A DNA stretch of 64,000 nt from an uncultured Verrucomicrobiae bacterium (GCA_963803825.1 CAWDOJ010000003.1:327507-391506); one strand, 5' to 3'; numbered from the stretch's first letter, positions 52,056 through 62,343 are shown. Numbers and translations are program-made. The notes: a model not told the origin generated them from the letters alone.

Positions 52056-52192
52056 TGGACCTAACGTCAAGCTCAGCCACCCTGAGCGGGTGACCGAAGC
52101 CAACCTTGACGTGAGCTGCCGGTAGCGGGTGCGAGCAACCCCAGCCAGCGAAGCGGCTAGGGGTTGGCTGCAGCGCCTTGTTAGCCCCGCAT

Positions 52193-52648
52193 TTATTCAC
52201 CGGAGGTTCGCCGGTAGAGGTAAAATTGGAACTCGCGGATATGCCATCTGCAGTGCGCCCGATAGCTCTCGACGAAGTTCCACAAAGCGTCATCAACACT
52301 GGTGTTTTGAAAGCGCCAAATAACATCTTCAAAATCCAGCGAGAGGTCGACCAGATCGTCAATGGCATCGCGAATCATTGGATCGAACGTGGAAGTGGCG
52401 ACATCAAAAGTGGGGAAACAGTATGATCCGTATTCAGGAAATAGAAATTCTATTGTTGCTTTGCGATCTGAATAGGCCCTTTTGGGTCCGTCCGGATAGT
52501 CAGTGTCATCGAATCTATAGGAAATTAGACAGTGGGCAGCAATAATCTGATCGCAAATCTCAAGAAGCTCGGAATCATCTTTCATGCCCTCTTGAGTTAC
52601 ATAGGAAACAAACCTCTCAAGTAACGATTTGATCTCTATCGATTGCAT
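52193..52648 (-). CDS. Hypothetical protein (DUF5063-like)
   Basis: DA.DDL.D...D ... ALW.F..SY..H..WH. Confidence 0.65.
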   Translation of the reverse strand: MQSIEIKSLLERFVSYVTQEGMKDDSELLEICDQIIAAHCLISYRFDDTDYPDGPKRAYSDRKATIEFLFPEYGSYCFPTFDVATSTFDPMIRDAIDDLVDLSLDFEDVIWRFQNTSVDDALWNFVESYRAHCRWHIREFQFYLYRRTSGE

Positions 52649-52788
52649 TGAGTAATGGGCTAACGTCAAGCTCAGCCACCCTGAACGGGTGAACTGAGGC
52701 TACTGGTGATCAACTGCGAGTTGCGGGACCGCGCAACCCCTAAGAGCGAAGCGGCTAGGGGTTGGCTGCAGCGCCTTGTTAGGCTGCA

Positions 52789-53181
52789 CTATGAGCCACA
52801 TGTAGCCGTGACGATCTTGTGGTTTTTAACAACTCCATCGCGATCAATGAATATTTGCAGGGCAGGGTCCCCAAATCCCGTCCAAAAATGAACTTCCGCA
52901 ATAATAGGTGTTCCATCTGTCTGAATCCAGACGGAGCAATCTGTTTCTGGGAAATCAGATGATAGATGCTGTTCGGTTATGTATTTGAGTGCAATTTGTT
53001 TGAATTCAAGTGCTGAAAACGCAGCTTTCCTCCCGGAGGAAGCGACAAACATGTAATCGTCCGGATCACGATTTAGAATGCCGACACGGTTATCATTAGT
53101 AGAATCTCTTTTGGAAGGCGTGGAACATCCCGCAAAACATGCGATGATGGCCAAAGTCATTAACGATTTCATAGATTTCAT
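52789..53181 (-). CDS. Lipoprotein
   Basis: FAGC lipobox. Confidence 0.8.
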   Translation of the reverse strand: MKSMKSLMTLAIIACFAGCSTPSKRDSTNDNRVGILNRDPDDYMFVASSGRKAAFSALEFKQIALKYITEQHLSSDFPETDCSVWIQTDGTPIIAEVHFWTGFGDPALQIFIDRDGVVKNHKIVTATCGS

Positions 53182-53279
53182 AGCCTAACGTCAAGCTCAG
53201 CCACCCTGAGCGGGTAATCGAGCCAACCCCTAGGTGAGCTGCCGATAGCGGGTTCGAGCAACCCCAGCCAGCGAAGCGG

Positions 53280-53849
53280 CTAGGGGTTGGCTGCAGCGCC
53301 TTGTTCGGTCTCATTTCGCAGAACAATTGCGGTGGTCGGGATAGTGACAAGCACATTCAGATGAGCTTCATCGTAGGAATGATTCCAAGCGGAACCCTTC
53401 AGCTTCAGCTGCAGAGAATATTCTGATATTGTTTCCCGTGGGATAAGCCATCCGCGTCCTCCTGCGATTATAGCGTAGTTTTGATCTAAGTCGCCAACCA
53501 TGGAAACTCCTCCGTGAGATATCAGCCAACCAAGACGAGATCCGAATGGAAGTATGAATGATTGGCGATTGGATTGGATGCTGGAAGCCGTTGGGGGCGG
53601 CTGAACAGGAACTCCATTTTTGTCTAATAGAACTACCTCAATGTCAGCGACGGCGTTGGTCGTCCAAGATACTTCAGAGTTGTGGATGTTCTCTAGATTA
53701 ACAAAAACGTTAATCAGATTCGGATAAAAAGTGTTGTGACTTTGTTCGAATGTCAAAGAAGACTTTACGACATCAGAAAATGAGACCTCTTTTCCTGAGC
53801 TCACTGAGGTTAATAACGGGAGAAGGATGATGAAGACGATTGGGCGCAT
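53280..53849 (-). CDS. Secreted hypothetical protein
   Basis: Signal peptide. Confidence 0.75.
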   Translation of the reverse strand: MRPIVFIILLPLLTSVSSGKEVSFSDVVKSSLTFEQSHNTFYPNLINVFVNLENIHNSEVSWTTNAVADIEVVLLDKNGVPVQPPPTASSIQSNRQSFILPFGSRLGWLISHGGVSMVGDLDQNYAIIAGGRGWLIPRETISEYSLQLKLKGSAWNHSYDEAHLNVLVTIPTTAIVLRNETEQGAAANP

Positions 53850-53955
53850 ATGTATAGGACCGAACGTCAAGCTCAGCCACCCTGAACGGGCGATCAAGTC
53901 AACCCGGAGGTGAGCTGCCAATAGCGGGTCCGAGCAACCCCAGCCAGCGAAGCGG

Positions 53956-54498
53956 CTAGGGGTTGGCTGCAGCGCCTTGTTCGGTCCGCATTTTCCGTTG
54001 TTGCATCTCTTGTCGAGCTTCTTCGGAATCTTCAGTCAAAAATGAAGTCATAACTAAGCTGCTTCGTTTCAGGTAATCGGATTTTTCAAGCGGTTCAAAT
54101 CTGGAGGCGACTAGTTCGAAGAGCTCCTGCGTTCCGCCTTTCGTTTGAATCGATAGGAGCTTTGGATAAATGTCCCCAGCATAGCTTTTCAAGATGACGT
54201 CTACATCTGCATTTCCTCTTATCGTTTGACTTTCACTCCCGCCTGAAGTCCACATCCGAGTGTAGACTACCTTGTCATGAAGGTAAAATTGTTCATAAAT
54301 GTCAGTAGATCGGCCGTCTCGAGCGGACTCCAAGCGATCCAAAAGTAGATCGTCGCCTCGGAAATACATCGTAATGAAGACGGTCCCTCGGTCTGAACTT
54401 AGCTGTTTAGCTGCCTTCGTTATTCTTTCTGATGCTGGCGTTGAATGACCGAGAGGAGCTGCCGCAAGTACGATCGAACAAACAATGCAAAATTTCAT
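53956..54498 (-). CDS. Secreted hypothetical protein
   Basis: Signal peptide. Confidence 0.75.
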   Translation of the reverse strand: MKFCIVCSIVLAAAPLGHSTPASERITKAAKQLSSDRGTVFITMYFRGDDLLLDRLESARDGRSTDIYEQFYLHDKVVYTRMWTSGGSESQTIRGNADVDVILKSYAGDIYPKLLSIQTKGGTQELFELVASRFEPLEKSDYLKRSSLVMTSFLTEDSEEARQEMQQRKMRTEQGAAANP

Positions 54499-54644
54499 GA
54501 GTTCTCTTATGACCGAACGTCAAGCTCAGCCACCCTGAGCGGGCAATCGAGCCAGCCCTAAGGTGAGCTGCCGATAGCGGGTTCGAACAACCCCAGCCAG
54601 CGAAGCGGCTAGGGGTTGGCTGCAGCGCCTTGTTCGGCTGTATT

Positions 54645-55046
54645 CTATTCGAGGTGTGTGATGGTCCGTGAGAATGAGGGAAGTCCTAACTGGGCAGAGG
54701 CAACAGAGTATTCTCGCTCTGTAAGTGCTCCCACCACTGAATCTTTTGAGTTGGCATACCCGCTGTCCTTGGTCATGTCCAGATAGAAGAAGTTTATAAT
54801 GGTTCGATTGTCATCAGGATGTTGCTTCGCCACGATGTATCGTTGATCGTATCCAATAGAGAATACCGTTTCAGGTATCCTTCCGACCGTAGAGCCGTTT
54901 CCCACGTCGTAGGAAACACTCATCTGTGAATCTGTATCGACAGCGATTAACCGATATGGTCCGACGATCTCTTCATCGTGGACGAATCCACAGCTGGCGA
55001 AGCAAGACGCGACGGCGGAATAGAGCGCAAATCGGATCAGGAACAT
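54645..55046 (-). CDS. Lipoprotein (DUF3997-like)
   Basis: FASC lipobox; GYD..YIVAKQ.P. Confidence 0.75.
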   Translation of the reverse strand: MFLIRFALYSAVASCFASCGFVHDEEIVGPYRLIAVDTDSQMSVSYDVGNGSTVGRIPETVFSIGYDQRYIVAKQHPDDNRTIINFFYLDMTKDSGYANSKDSVVGALTEREYSVASAQLGLPSFSRTITHLE

Positions 55047-55320
55047 TGCAGAGATTCTGTGAGCAAACGCTAGGACGAAAAGTGATATTTACAGGTTGCT
55101 CAGAAATATTTCATCCACCGGAGGTCGAGCCGAACGTCAAGCTCAGCCACCCCGAACGGGTGAGCGAACTGCGTGAGGTGTAGGGTAGGAGTAGCGCTTT
55201 TCGAACGTCCGGGCAGTGGCGCGGCTAGGGGTTGGCTGCAGCGCCTTGTTCGGCCCGCGATGCTCAATCGCTGTAGACGGTAACGATTCAGAGGGTTTGT
55301 GGTTGGATACATTACGCCTT

Positions 55321-55590
55321 TTAAGACCGGCCAAAAATCTCAGGAACTGTAAACATGCAAATGACGGTAAGAATGGCAATGGCTGCGATACCGGTGAAAC
55401 CAATCCCAACAAGCCATATTCCGATTTGCGCGGCTATCCCAAAAAGAAACACAAGAATGGGAATGCCACGATTGCCGTAGTGCCAACTGATACTGCATGT
55501 GACGAGCCATGCTGCAGTGACAAAGAAATACATAAGATAATTCGGCAATTGCACAATATTGCAGTGGTCTCGCGTGAAAGCTGATTTCAC
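55321..55590 (-). CDS. Small membrane protein
   Basis: Hydrophobic ORF after long leader. Confidence 0.5.
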   Translation of the reverse strand: MKSAFTRDHCNIVQLPNYLMYFFVTAAWLVTCSISWHYGNRGIPILVFLFGIAAQIGIWLVGIGFTGIAAIAILTVICMFTVPEIFGRS

Positions 55591-55902
55591 ATCTTTCCTC
55601 GCTCCGCGGGAAAGTTTCTAGGAGAAGGAGGGACGGTGGTTGAAGGCGTTAAACCGATTCCCCAATCGAGTCTCGACTGTCGTAAAATCCTGATTTGCTG
55701 AAGATTCTTCAGGTGGCAAAGTGGCTCTGCTGACGAGTAACGACAGGCTCAGAAATATATCATCCGCCGGAGGCTATATGAAGCCGAACGTCAAGCTCAG
55801 CCACCCTGAGCTTGTATAAAGATTCGGAAAACGGAGCAACTGCTTGTGGCGGGTTCCTCAACCCCAGCCGCGATAGCGGCTAGGGGTTGGCTGCAGCGCC
55901 TT

Positions 55903-56175
55903 GTTCGGATCCGCCCGTCCGTGGTCCCGCTCAGCGTCTTATTCGAGGGCATTGCTTGTTTCATTAATTGAATTGTTTCAGATCGAACTTAATTGCTTGC
56001 GCGATCTCCATTGAACGAACCCGCGAGGGTCAAACCTCATTCTCAGCTTCTCTTGCGCATTCACGAACCAATCTACTTGTGCGGATCGAGCGAATACACA
56101 TCTCAACAAAAAGCAAATCCAGATGCCGTCTGCAATCAAGTGGGAATGTCGTAGTCGAAGGGGATAGGTCCGAAC
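55903..56175 (-). other. Gene-less cassette, family B copy 6
   Basis: 273 bp, closest to copy 1. Confidence 0.8.
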
Positions 56176-56309
56176 GTCAAGCTCAGCCACCCTGAGCGGG
56201 TGATCGAGCCAACCCTAAGGTGAACTGCCGGTAGCGCTTCCGAGCAACCCCAGCCAGCGAAGCGGCTAGGGGTTGGCTGCAGCGCCTTGTTAGGGCTGTA
56301 TCTATCGGT

Positions 56310-56519
56310 TTAAACTTCGCAGAATTCCGGCTCCGAGTGTGGAGTGGGGATGTCGAATCCTTCTTCGCGTAGACCGTCGAGGTGGAACTCAATTGCATCC
56401 TTCATATTTCTTGAGGTTGCTTCACGCGTGTTGCCAGTTGATATACATCCCGGAAGGTCGGGCGAATACGCAGAATAGCCTGATTCCGTGGGTTCTAGAA
56501 TGATCAGATATTTGTTCAT
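56310..56519 (-). CDS. hicB: HicB family antitoxin
   Basis: YSAYSPDLPGC.STG.T.E. Confidence 0.92.
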   Translation of the reverse strand: MNKYLIILEPTESGYSAYSPDLPGCISTGNTREATSRNMKDAIEFHLDGLREEGFDIPTPHSEPEFCEV

Positions 56520-56701
56520 TTGAGTCCTGCTTGTTTGAGTATACTGTGCAGAGTTCCGATTGCAACGTCGTCGCCCGGATTTCTAGGAATAGTGACCAAT
56601 CCAGCTTTTGTCGGATGCTTGTATTGGTGGTGGCTGCCCTTTGTGCGGGAGTGAACCCAGCCGTCGGCTTTGATCTGCTTCAATATGTCCCTGACTTTCA
56701 C
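56516..56701 (-). CDS. hicA: HicA family toxin
   Basis: DGW...R.KGSH.QYKHP...G.VTIP ... GTL.SILKQAGL. Confidence 0.92.
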   Translation of the reverse strand: MKVRDILKQIKADGWVHSRTKGSHHQYKHPTKAGLVTIPRNPGDDVAIGTLHSILKQAGLK

Positions 56702-56707
56702 GAAGCG

Positions 56708-56736
56708 ATTCTGGAGTGTCGGAGCAATTGCGTCAA
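56708..56736 (-). promoter_or_regulatory. Putative sigma70 promoter (leaderless)
   Basis: TTGACG-17-CAGAAT, 6 nt before GTG. Confidence 0.5.
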
Positions 56737-56943
56737 ACAGGCATTCCACATGTCCTCGACGTCGAAACCACCGAATGCGTCGCTTGAATTGGGCCGGATG
56801 TATTGCAGCCCTAACGTCAAGCTCAGCCACCCTGAGCTTGTATAAGGATTTGGCAAACGGAAAAACTGCCTGTAGAGGGTTCCTCAACCCCAGTCGCGAT
56901 AGCGGCTAGGGGTTGGCTGCAGCGCCTTGTTAGGCCGCAGTTG

Positions 56944-57360
56944 CTATTTCCTCGTAAAATGCTGGGGATACGCCGTGCGTGAGTATGCTGTAACTTCGGG
57001 GTTAAAGGATGCATTTGGGTGTTCGCTAAAGTATATCGCTGCGTCTGTTTTGTAGTCGTCGAGAAATTGATCCCGGTAAAATAAAATCCGGGGGAGCTTG
57101 CTTGCTATGTGCAAAAGACCTACGGAGTTATCGAGATCGTTCAGGACAGATACATTGGCAGCGGTGAATGTCTCGGAAGCCTCAAGCGCACTGGGTATGT
57201 TTCCATCTCTTATCAGATTTGACACTTGTAGATTCATCATGAGTTGGCCGTTTGTCCCTTGAACGGCTGCCCACTGTATTCCTAAACAGAAGGCTGCAGT
57301 GAAGACAATAATCGCCGCTGTCGCGACGAGCGCTGATTTGATGATTTTGTTTTTTTTCAT
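56944..57360 (-). CDS. Membrane-anchored hypothetical protein
   Basis: Fills cassette. Confidence 0.75.
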   Translation of the reverse strand: MKKNKIIKSALVATAAIIVFTAAFCLGIQWAAVQGTNGQLMMNLQVSNLIRDGNIPSALEASETFTAANVSVLNDLDNSVGLLHIASKLPRILFYRDQFLDDYKTDAAIYFSEHPNASFNPEVTAYSRTAYPQHFTRK

Positions 57361-57509
57361 AAATTTATTGGCCTAACGTCAAGCTCAGCCACCCTGAACG
57401 GGTGATCGAGCCAACCCTGAGGTGAACTGCCAATAGCGTGACCGAGCAACCCCAGCCAGCGAAGCGGCTAGGGGTTGGCTGCAGCGCCTTGTTAGGTCTG
57501 CATCGTGTT

Positions 57510-57785
57510 TTATACCAACGTGAATAGTTCTACCGTTCCTCCGGATATATGAATAGGACTTTGAACCATGATACTCTTGGCAGTATCAATATCTGGAACT
57601 TCAATGGCGATGTATCCAGTAACTGTCTCTGAAATGCATGAATCAAATCTATTGTTTTCTAGCGAGATGCCATTGTCCAGAGCAGAGCCGCCAATGATGT
57701 ATCCCTTTTCATGGAGCATCGAAAAATAGTCATCCCAGTCATTCGACTGTCCGACGCCATGGTTGATCATGATGTATTTATTCAT
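57510..57785 (-). CDS. YciI-like protein
   Basis: GG.AL..G ... VTGY..IE..D.D.A......P....GG.VE. Confidence 0.7.
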   Translation of the reverse strand: MNKYIMINHGVGQSNDWDDYFSMLHEKGYIIGGSALDNGISLENNRFDSCISETVTGYIAIEVPDIDTAKSIMVQSPIHISGGTVELFTLV

Positions 57786-57987
57786 TTTTGGATTCGAGTC
57801 CGGTAAAACTCTATGTGTTATTTGCAAACTTGCTGTGTGTTTAAATGCATTATTTTGAATGACCTAACGTCAAGCTCAGCCACCCTGAACGGGCAACCGA
57901 GCCAACCCCGAGGTGAACTGCCCGTAGCGGGTCCGCGCAACCCCAGCCAGCGAAGCGGCTAGGGGTTGGCTGCAGCGCCTTGTTAGC

Positions 57988-58803
57988 CTAATTTTTATTG
58001 TAACCGTATTGACCCCGTGAGAGCATCACATCCTTCCAATAGGTTTCTCGTTCTATAATTTGTTTGTCGTCTGTGCGCATCGGGCGATACTCTAAAAGTG
58101 CAAACGCGTAGTGTTTCCGTGCATAGTCCAAACCTCGTTTTTTGATGAGTTTTGTTAATTCGTCGTTCCATCCATGACCAGTTCCGATGTATGAACACCA
58201 TCGAGACCAAATGCCGTGGTTACCATATGCTGAACCTACATATCGCTTTCCATTTGATCGGTCCGTAATCAAATAGACGCCTTTGACATTACGGAGTGCG
58301 GCGTGCCAATCTGGGCGTTGTTGCCGAACAATTGTTTCAAGAATGACAAATGAATGATTTATGTTTTCGTATCCGCAAAAGTGCTCACCGGAATAGACAT
58401 CACGGAGGAGTTCGCAAACCTTAATCTGATCCAAATGCTTCTCCAGATAGAACGATCTGCCTCGCAGACCGCGCTTCCGAAAATATGATAATTTCAGCCT
58501 ACCGATGAAAGCTTCCGAGTCTGGGACCAGCTGTAGTTCATATCGCGTGGCGTTACGTGCTCGCATCTCGAATACTCCGCCAAAGAGCCATTTATTTTGT
58601 TCATGATAATAGTCGATTAGGGAAAAGATATACCGACGGGAGAAATCATCTTTCTTCTCTTTCCATCGATTCCAGTCAAACCATCTTTCGCGGTCCTGGA
58701 CAAAAATATCAAGTGGGTGATCCTGCCGATTCCAACTTGCGAGATGAATTTTGTATTCTGAAGGGTTTCCGATTTCGATCAGCGACTGGAGGGGAACGTT
58801 CAT
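57988..58803 (-). CDS. GIY-YIG nuclease family protein
   Basis: GVYLITD..NGKRYVGSAYG..GI.SRW..Y ... RE.YWK ... GYN.N. Confidence 0.9.
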   Translation of the reverse strand: MNVPLQSLIEIGNPSEYKIHLASWNRQDHPLDIFVQDRERWFDWNRWKEKKDDFSRRYIFSLIDYYHEQNKWLFGGVFEMRARNATRYELQLVPDSEAFIGRLKLSYFRKRGLRGRSFYLEKHLDQIKVCELLRDVYSGEHFCGYENINHSFVILETIVRQQRPDWHAALRNVKGVYLITDRSNGKRYVGSAYGNHGIWSRWCSYIGTGHGWNDELTKLIKKRGLDYARKHYAFALLEYRPMRTDDKQIIERETYWKDVMLSRGQYGYNKN

Positions 58804-58934
58804 TTATTTTAAAAGGCTAACGTCAAGCTCAGCCACCCTGAGCGGGTAACCGAGCCAACCCCTAGGTGAGCTGCCAATAGCGGGTCCGAGCAACCCCAGC
58901 CAGCGAAGCGGCTAGGGGTTGGCTGCAGCGCCTT

Positions 58935-59328
58935 GTTAGACTCGTATTGCTTTTCTCCGTTTCTGGATGCTCTGTTTTCTAGGTATATCTGTGTGAGGTC
59001 AAGCTGCCTCAGATGTGGCGATGGTGGAGGAGTGAAGTTCAGTGATCCAGTGGCATCAGTCCTGATTGGATGAAGTACGCAAAAGTACCTAAAAAATTCG
59101 AGTGCTGCGCATAAAATATGAGTCCGCCTTCGGATCACTTTTTAATAACCGTTCTAGCTTCGCTCGACTTTGAATTTAAGTCGGCCAGTGAATTCATCCA
59201 CCGGAGGTCTAGATATCGATACAAAATCCCCAGGCTCAGTTGCAAGTGTTCGGCTTCGCAGGAGTGCTTCATGCATCTCATTATTTCATCCACCGGAGGT
59301 CTACATGAATTGTGTATAAGAGTCTAAC
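58935..59328 (-). other. Gene-less cassette, family A copy 6
   Basis: 394 bp homolog. Confidence 0.8.
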
Positions 59329-59441
59329 GTCAAGCTCAGCCACCCTGAGCTTGTATAAGGATTTGGCAAACGGAACAACTGCCTGTAGAGGGTTCCTCAA
59401 CCCCAGCCGCGATAGCGGCTAGGGGTTGGCTGCAGCGCCTT

Positions 59442-59836
59442 GTTAGACCCGCATTGTATTTCTTTGCTGCTGAAAATAACGATTTACAATGGAATTGAAT
59501 GGATTGGCCTATTTATTGCAAGTCGGCGTGGAAAAAAGCCGAATTGTTGGAATTGATTTGGACAAAGTGTTATTGAATAAATTTCCAAAAGTCGCTCTGA
59601 AAAATTCGAGTGCTTCGCACTAAATATGAGTTCGCCTTCGGCTCACTTTTACGAAGCGTTCTCGCTTCGCTCGACTTTCGATGCAAGACATTCAGAAAAT
59701 GCATCCACCGGAGGTCTAGATTAGCATGTTTAATGCAGTGGCGTAAACGGGGAAACCGTCTGAGACCGCAGAGATTATCCGGAATATTATATTTTTATCC
59801 ACCGGAGGTCTTCATCCATTCCTTATAGGGTCTAAC
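59442..59836 (-). other. Gene-less cassette, divergent family A member (A')
   Basis: 395 bp; keeps both motif boxes and the central segment, the rest has diverged. Confidence 0.75.
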
Positions 59837-60183
59837 GTCAAGCTCAGCCACCCTGAGCGGATGACCGTGCCAACCTTGACGTGAGCTGCCAATAGCGGGA
59901 CCGAGCAACCCCAGCCAGCGAAGCGGCTAGGGGTTGGCTGCAGCGCCTTGTTAGACTCGTATTGCATCGGAATATAACGCGTATGGTGATGCTTGATTCT
60001 GATTTCTACGCGATATGTGAGACGCTGCAGAGAGAGACCTGAGTGAGACTACGCATTTAGGTAAGATTCGTGCTGGACCGTTTTTGGGCAGGAGGCGGCT
60101 ACAACGTGAGATATAGGCCAGTCGGAACGAGTTCCATCGCTCAATATCTAACATTTTGAGTGGTTGCTCTATAATCTTGGTGG

Positions 60184-60543
60184 TCATGATCGTAAATTCT
60201 TCAATGCTGCCCAGCCAAGAAACGAAACCACAGCGGTCAACAGGATTGGTGCGATTCCTAGAATCAATGATGCATAGAGTAATGTTCTACTGTCTTCGGT
60301 GTTACGCACGAGGCTTGTGGCTACAGAGATCACAAAAAATAATGACGCTGGTATGATAACCGGAGAGAAACTTGGAACTATTGTTGGGGCAACGAGGATA
60401 CCCAGCAGTAATGAGCGTCGCGCAGCCGATCTGCTTGAGCAAGTAAGACAGTCCCGAGCGGAGCAGAGCCTGATAAGGATTCCACCCGCAACCGTCAAGT
60501 AGACAGCAATAATAATCCAATATGATGCTGGATAGGTATTCAT
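60184..60543 (-). CDS. Membrane hypothetical protein
   Basis: Hydrophobic; at cassette start. Confidence 0.65.
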   Translation of the reverse strand: MNTYPASYWIIIAVYLTVAGGILIRLCSARDCLTCSSRSAARRSLLLGILVAPTIVPSFSPVIIPASLFFVISVATSLVRNTEDSRTLLYASLILGIAPILLTAVVSFLGWAALKNLRS

Positions 60544-60649
60544 GTTATTGGAGTCTAACGTCAAGCTCAGCCACCCTGAGCGGATGTTCGAGCCAACCCT
60601 GAGGTGAGCTGCCAGTAGCGGGTCCGAGCAACCCCAGCCAGCGAAGCGG

Positions 60650-61189
60650 CTAGGGGTTGGCTGCAGCGCCTTGTTCGGTCGTATTCGTATGTTCCTCGAT
60701 GTATTGCTTTGCAGATCTCAATAGGCTTTCATCCACTTGCCGTTTCGGAATTGGAAAGCCTATCGGACCGGATAAAAAGATATTCAAGTGACTTTCAGTC
60801 AGCGTGACCCGATCTACCGCATTCCAATAGAACTGCGATTTGCCGATAGGGGATTCTGAATGGATTCCTGCATCGTCAAGTCTGAGTGAATAGCTTCCGA
60901 GGGACTTCGTGTGAGATGATTCGTTCATTATCCTTTCCGAAGTCCGTTCCATATGTCGTCGAACCCTCGTCGGATAAAACACTGCCCATAGAATGCCGAA
61001 AACAATAAATATCATTGGCGAATAACCACCGTTGCGATAGTAGGTCAGAGAAGCCATCGCGACCATCAGGATCGGGAAGACGAATTGTGACTTGAGAATG
61101 GCTTTCCGAGTTGTGGGAGAATTGCTGTAGAATTCGCGCGTGAAGGCGAGCATATCGGAGCGGTCAATTGTGAAGTTCATCTGAATCAT
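60650..61189 (-). CDS. YcxB family protein
   Basis: 2 TM, then L...GI...S....S...W..V......HL.IF.....GFPIPKR. Confidence 0.8.
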   Translation of the reverse strand: MIQMNFTIDRSDMLAFTREFYSNSPTTRKAILKSQFVFPILMVAMASLTYYRNGGYSPMIFIVFGILWAVFYPTRVRRHMERTSERIMNESSHTKSLGSYSLRLDDAGIHSESPIGKSQFYWNAVDRVTLTESHLNIFLSGPIGFPIPKRQVDESLLRSAKQYIEEHTNTTEQGAAANP

Positions 61190-61295
61190 ATTTATAAGAC
61201 CGAACGTCAAGCTCAGCCACCCTGAGCGGGCAACCGAGCCAACCCCCAGGTAAGCTGCCGGTAGCGGGACCGAGCAACCCCAGCCGGCGAAGCGT

Positions 61296-61742
61296 CTAGG
61301 GGTTGGCTGCAGCGCCTTGTTCGGCTGTATTATTTCGCATACGCTGGATCAGGGAAATCATGACGAGACTGCATGTCGCTCCAGCGGTGCCGTAAAGTAA
61401 ATCATAAAGCGTTTCTGACACGCTGTGTTGAATGTGTGTATCAGTGAATATATCAGATGCAAGCTCCCCAAATTCCCAAAACAGTGCTACCGTGCAGGCC
61501 GCGCAAAATGCAAATAGGTATCGTGTGATCGGCGTTACCGGACCAATTATGGAATGAGCCATTTTGATTGCCCGGAATAGAAAATACGCTATTGCAAAGC
61601 CACCCGAGAAGTGAATGACGTGGTCAAGCTGTGCTCGTATCCCAAATACCATAGCCAGACCCCGAAGTAGGATTACCGAAATTGGCGCCCATGCTGCATC
61701 TCGTAACAAGTGATATGCGAGATTTGCGAATCGACCGAGCAT
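61296..61742 (-). CDS. Membrane protein (DUF2238/VanZ-like)
   Basis: DH..HF.GG ... WE..E ... T..DL..G..G. Confidence 0.75.
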   Translation of the reverse strand: MLGRFANLAYHLLRDAAWAPISVILLRGLAMVFGIRAQLDHVIHFSGGFAIAYFLFRAIKMAHSIIGPVTPITRYLFAFCAACTVALFWEFGELASDIFTDTHIQHSVSETLYDLLYGTAGATCSLVMISLIQRMRNNTAEQGAAANP

Positions 61743-61941
61743 CAGAGAAGCATTGTAGATTGGTTGGAGGCATTCACATTATATCATCCGCCGGAGGCTA
61801 CTCATGAAGCCGAACGTCAAGCTCAGCCACCCTGAGCGGGCAATCGAGCCAGCCCTAAGGTGAGCTGCCGATAGCGGGTTCGAACAACCCCAGCCAGCGA
61901 AGCGGCTAGGGGTTGGCTGCAGCGCCTTGTTCGGCTGTATT

Positions 61942-62343
61942 CTATTCGAGGTGTGTGATGGTCCGTGAGAATGAGGGAAGTCCTAACTGGGCAGAGGCAA
62001 CAGAGTATTCTCGCTCTGTAAGTGCTCCCACCACTGAATCTTTTGAGTTGGCATACCCGCTGTCCTTGGTCATGTCCAGATAGAAGAAGTTTATAATGGT
62101 TCGATTGTCATCAGGATGTTGCTTCGCCACGATGTATCGTTGATCGTATCCAATAGAGAATACCGTTTCAGGTATCCTTCCGACCGTAGAGCCGTTTCCC
62201 ACGTCGTAGGAAACACTCATCTGTGAATCTGTATCGACAGCGATTAACCGATATGGTCCGACGATCTCTTCATCGTGGACGAATCCACAGCTGGCGAAGC
62301 AAGACGCGACGGCGGAATAGAGCGCAAATCGGATCAGGAACAT
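61942..62343 (-). CDS. Lipoprotein, identical to 54645-55046
   Basis: Identical translation. Confidence 0.75.
   Translation of the reverse strand: MFLIRFALYSAVASCFASCGFVHDEEIVGPYRLIAVDTDSQMSVSYDVGNGSTVGRIPETVFSIGYDQRYIVAKQHPDDNRTIINFFYLDMTKDSGYANSKDSVVGALTEREYSVASAQLGLPSFSRTITHLE

Noticed and set aside
52199-52207. ACCGGAGGT near the end of a CDS
   Set aside because: It lies in coding sequence at a cassette 3' end and lacks CATCC; may be chance, so not counted.
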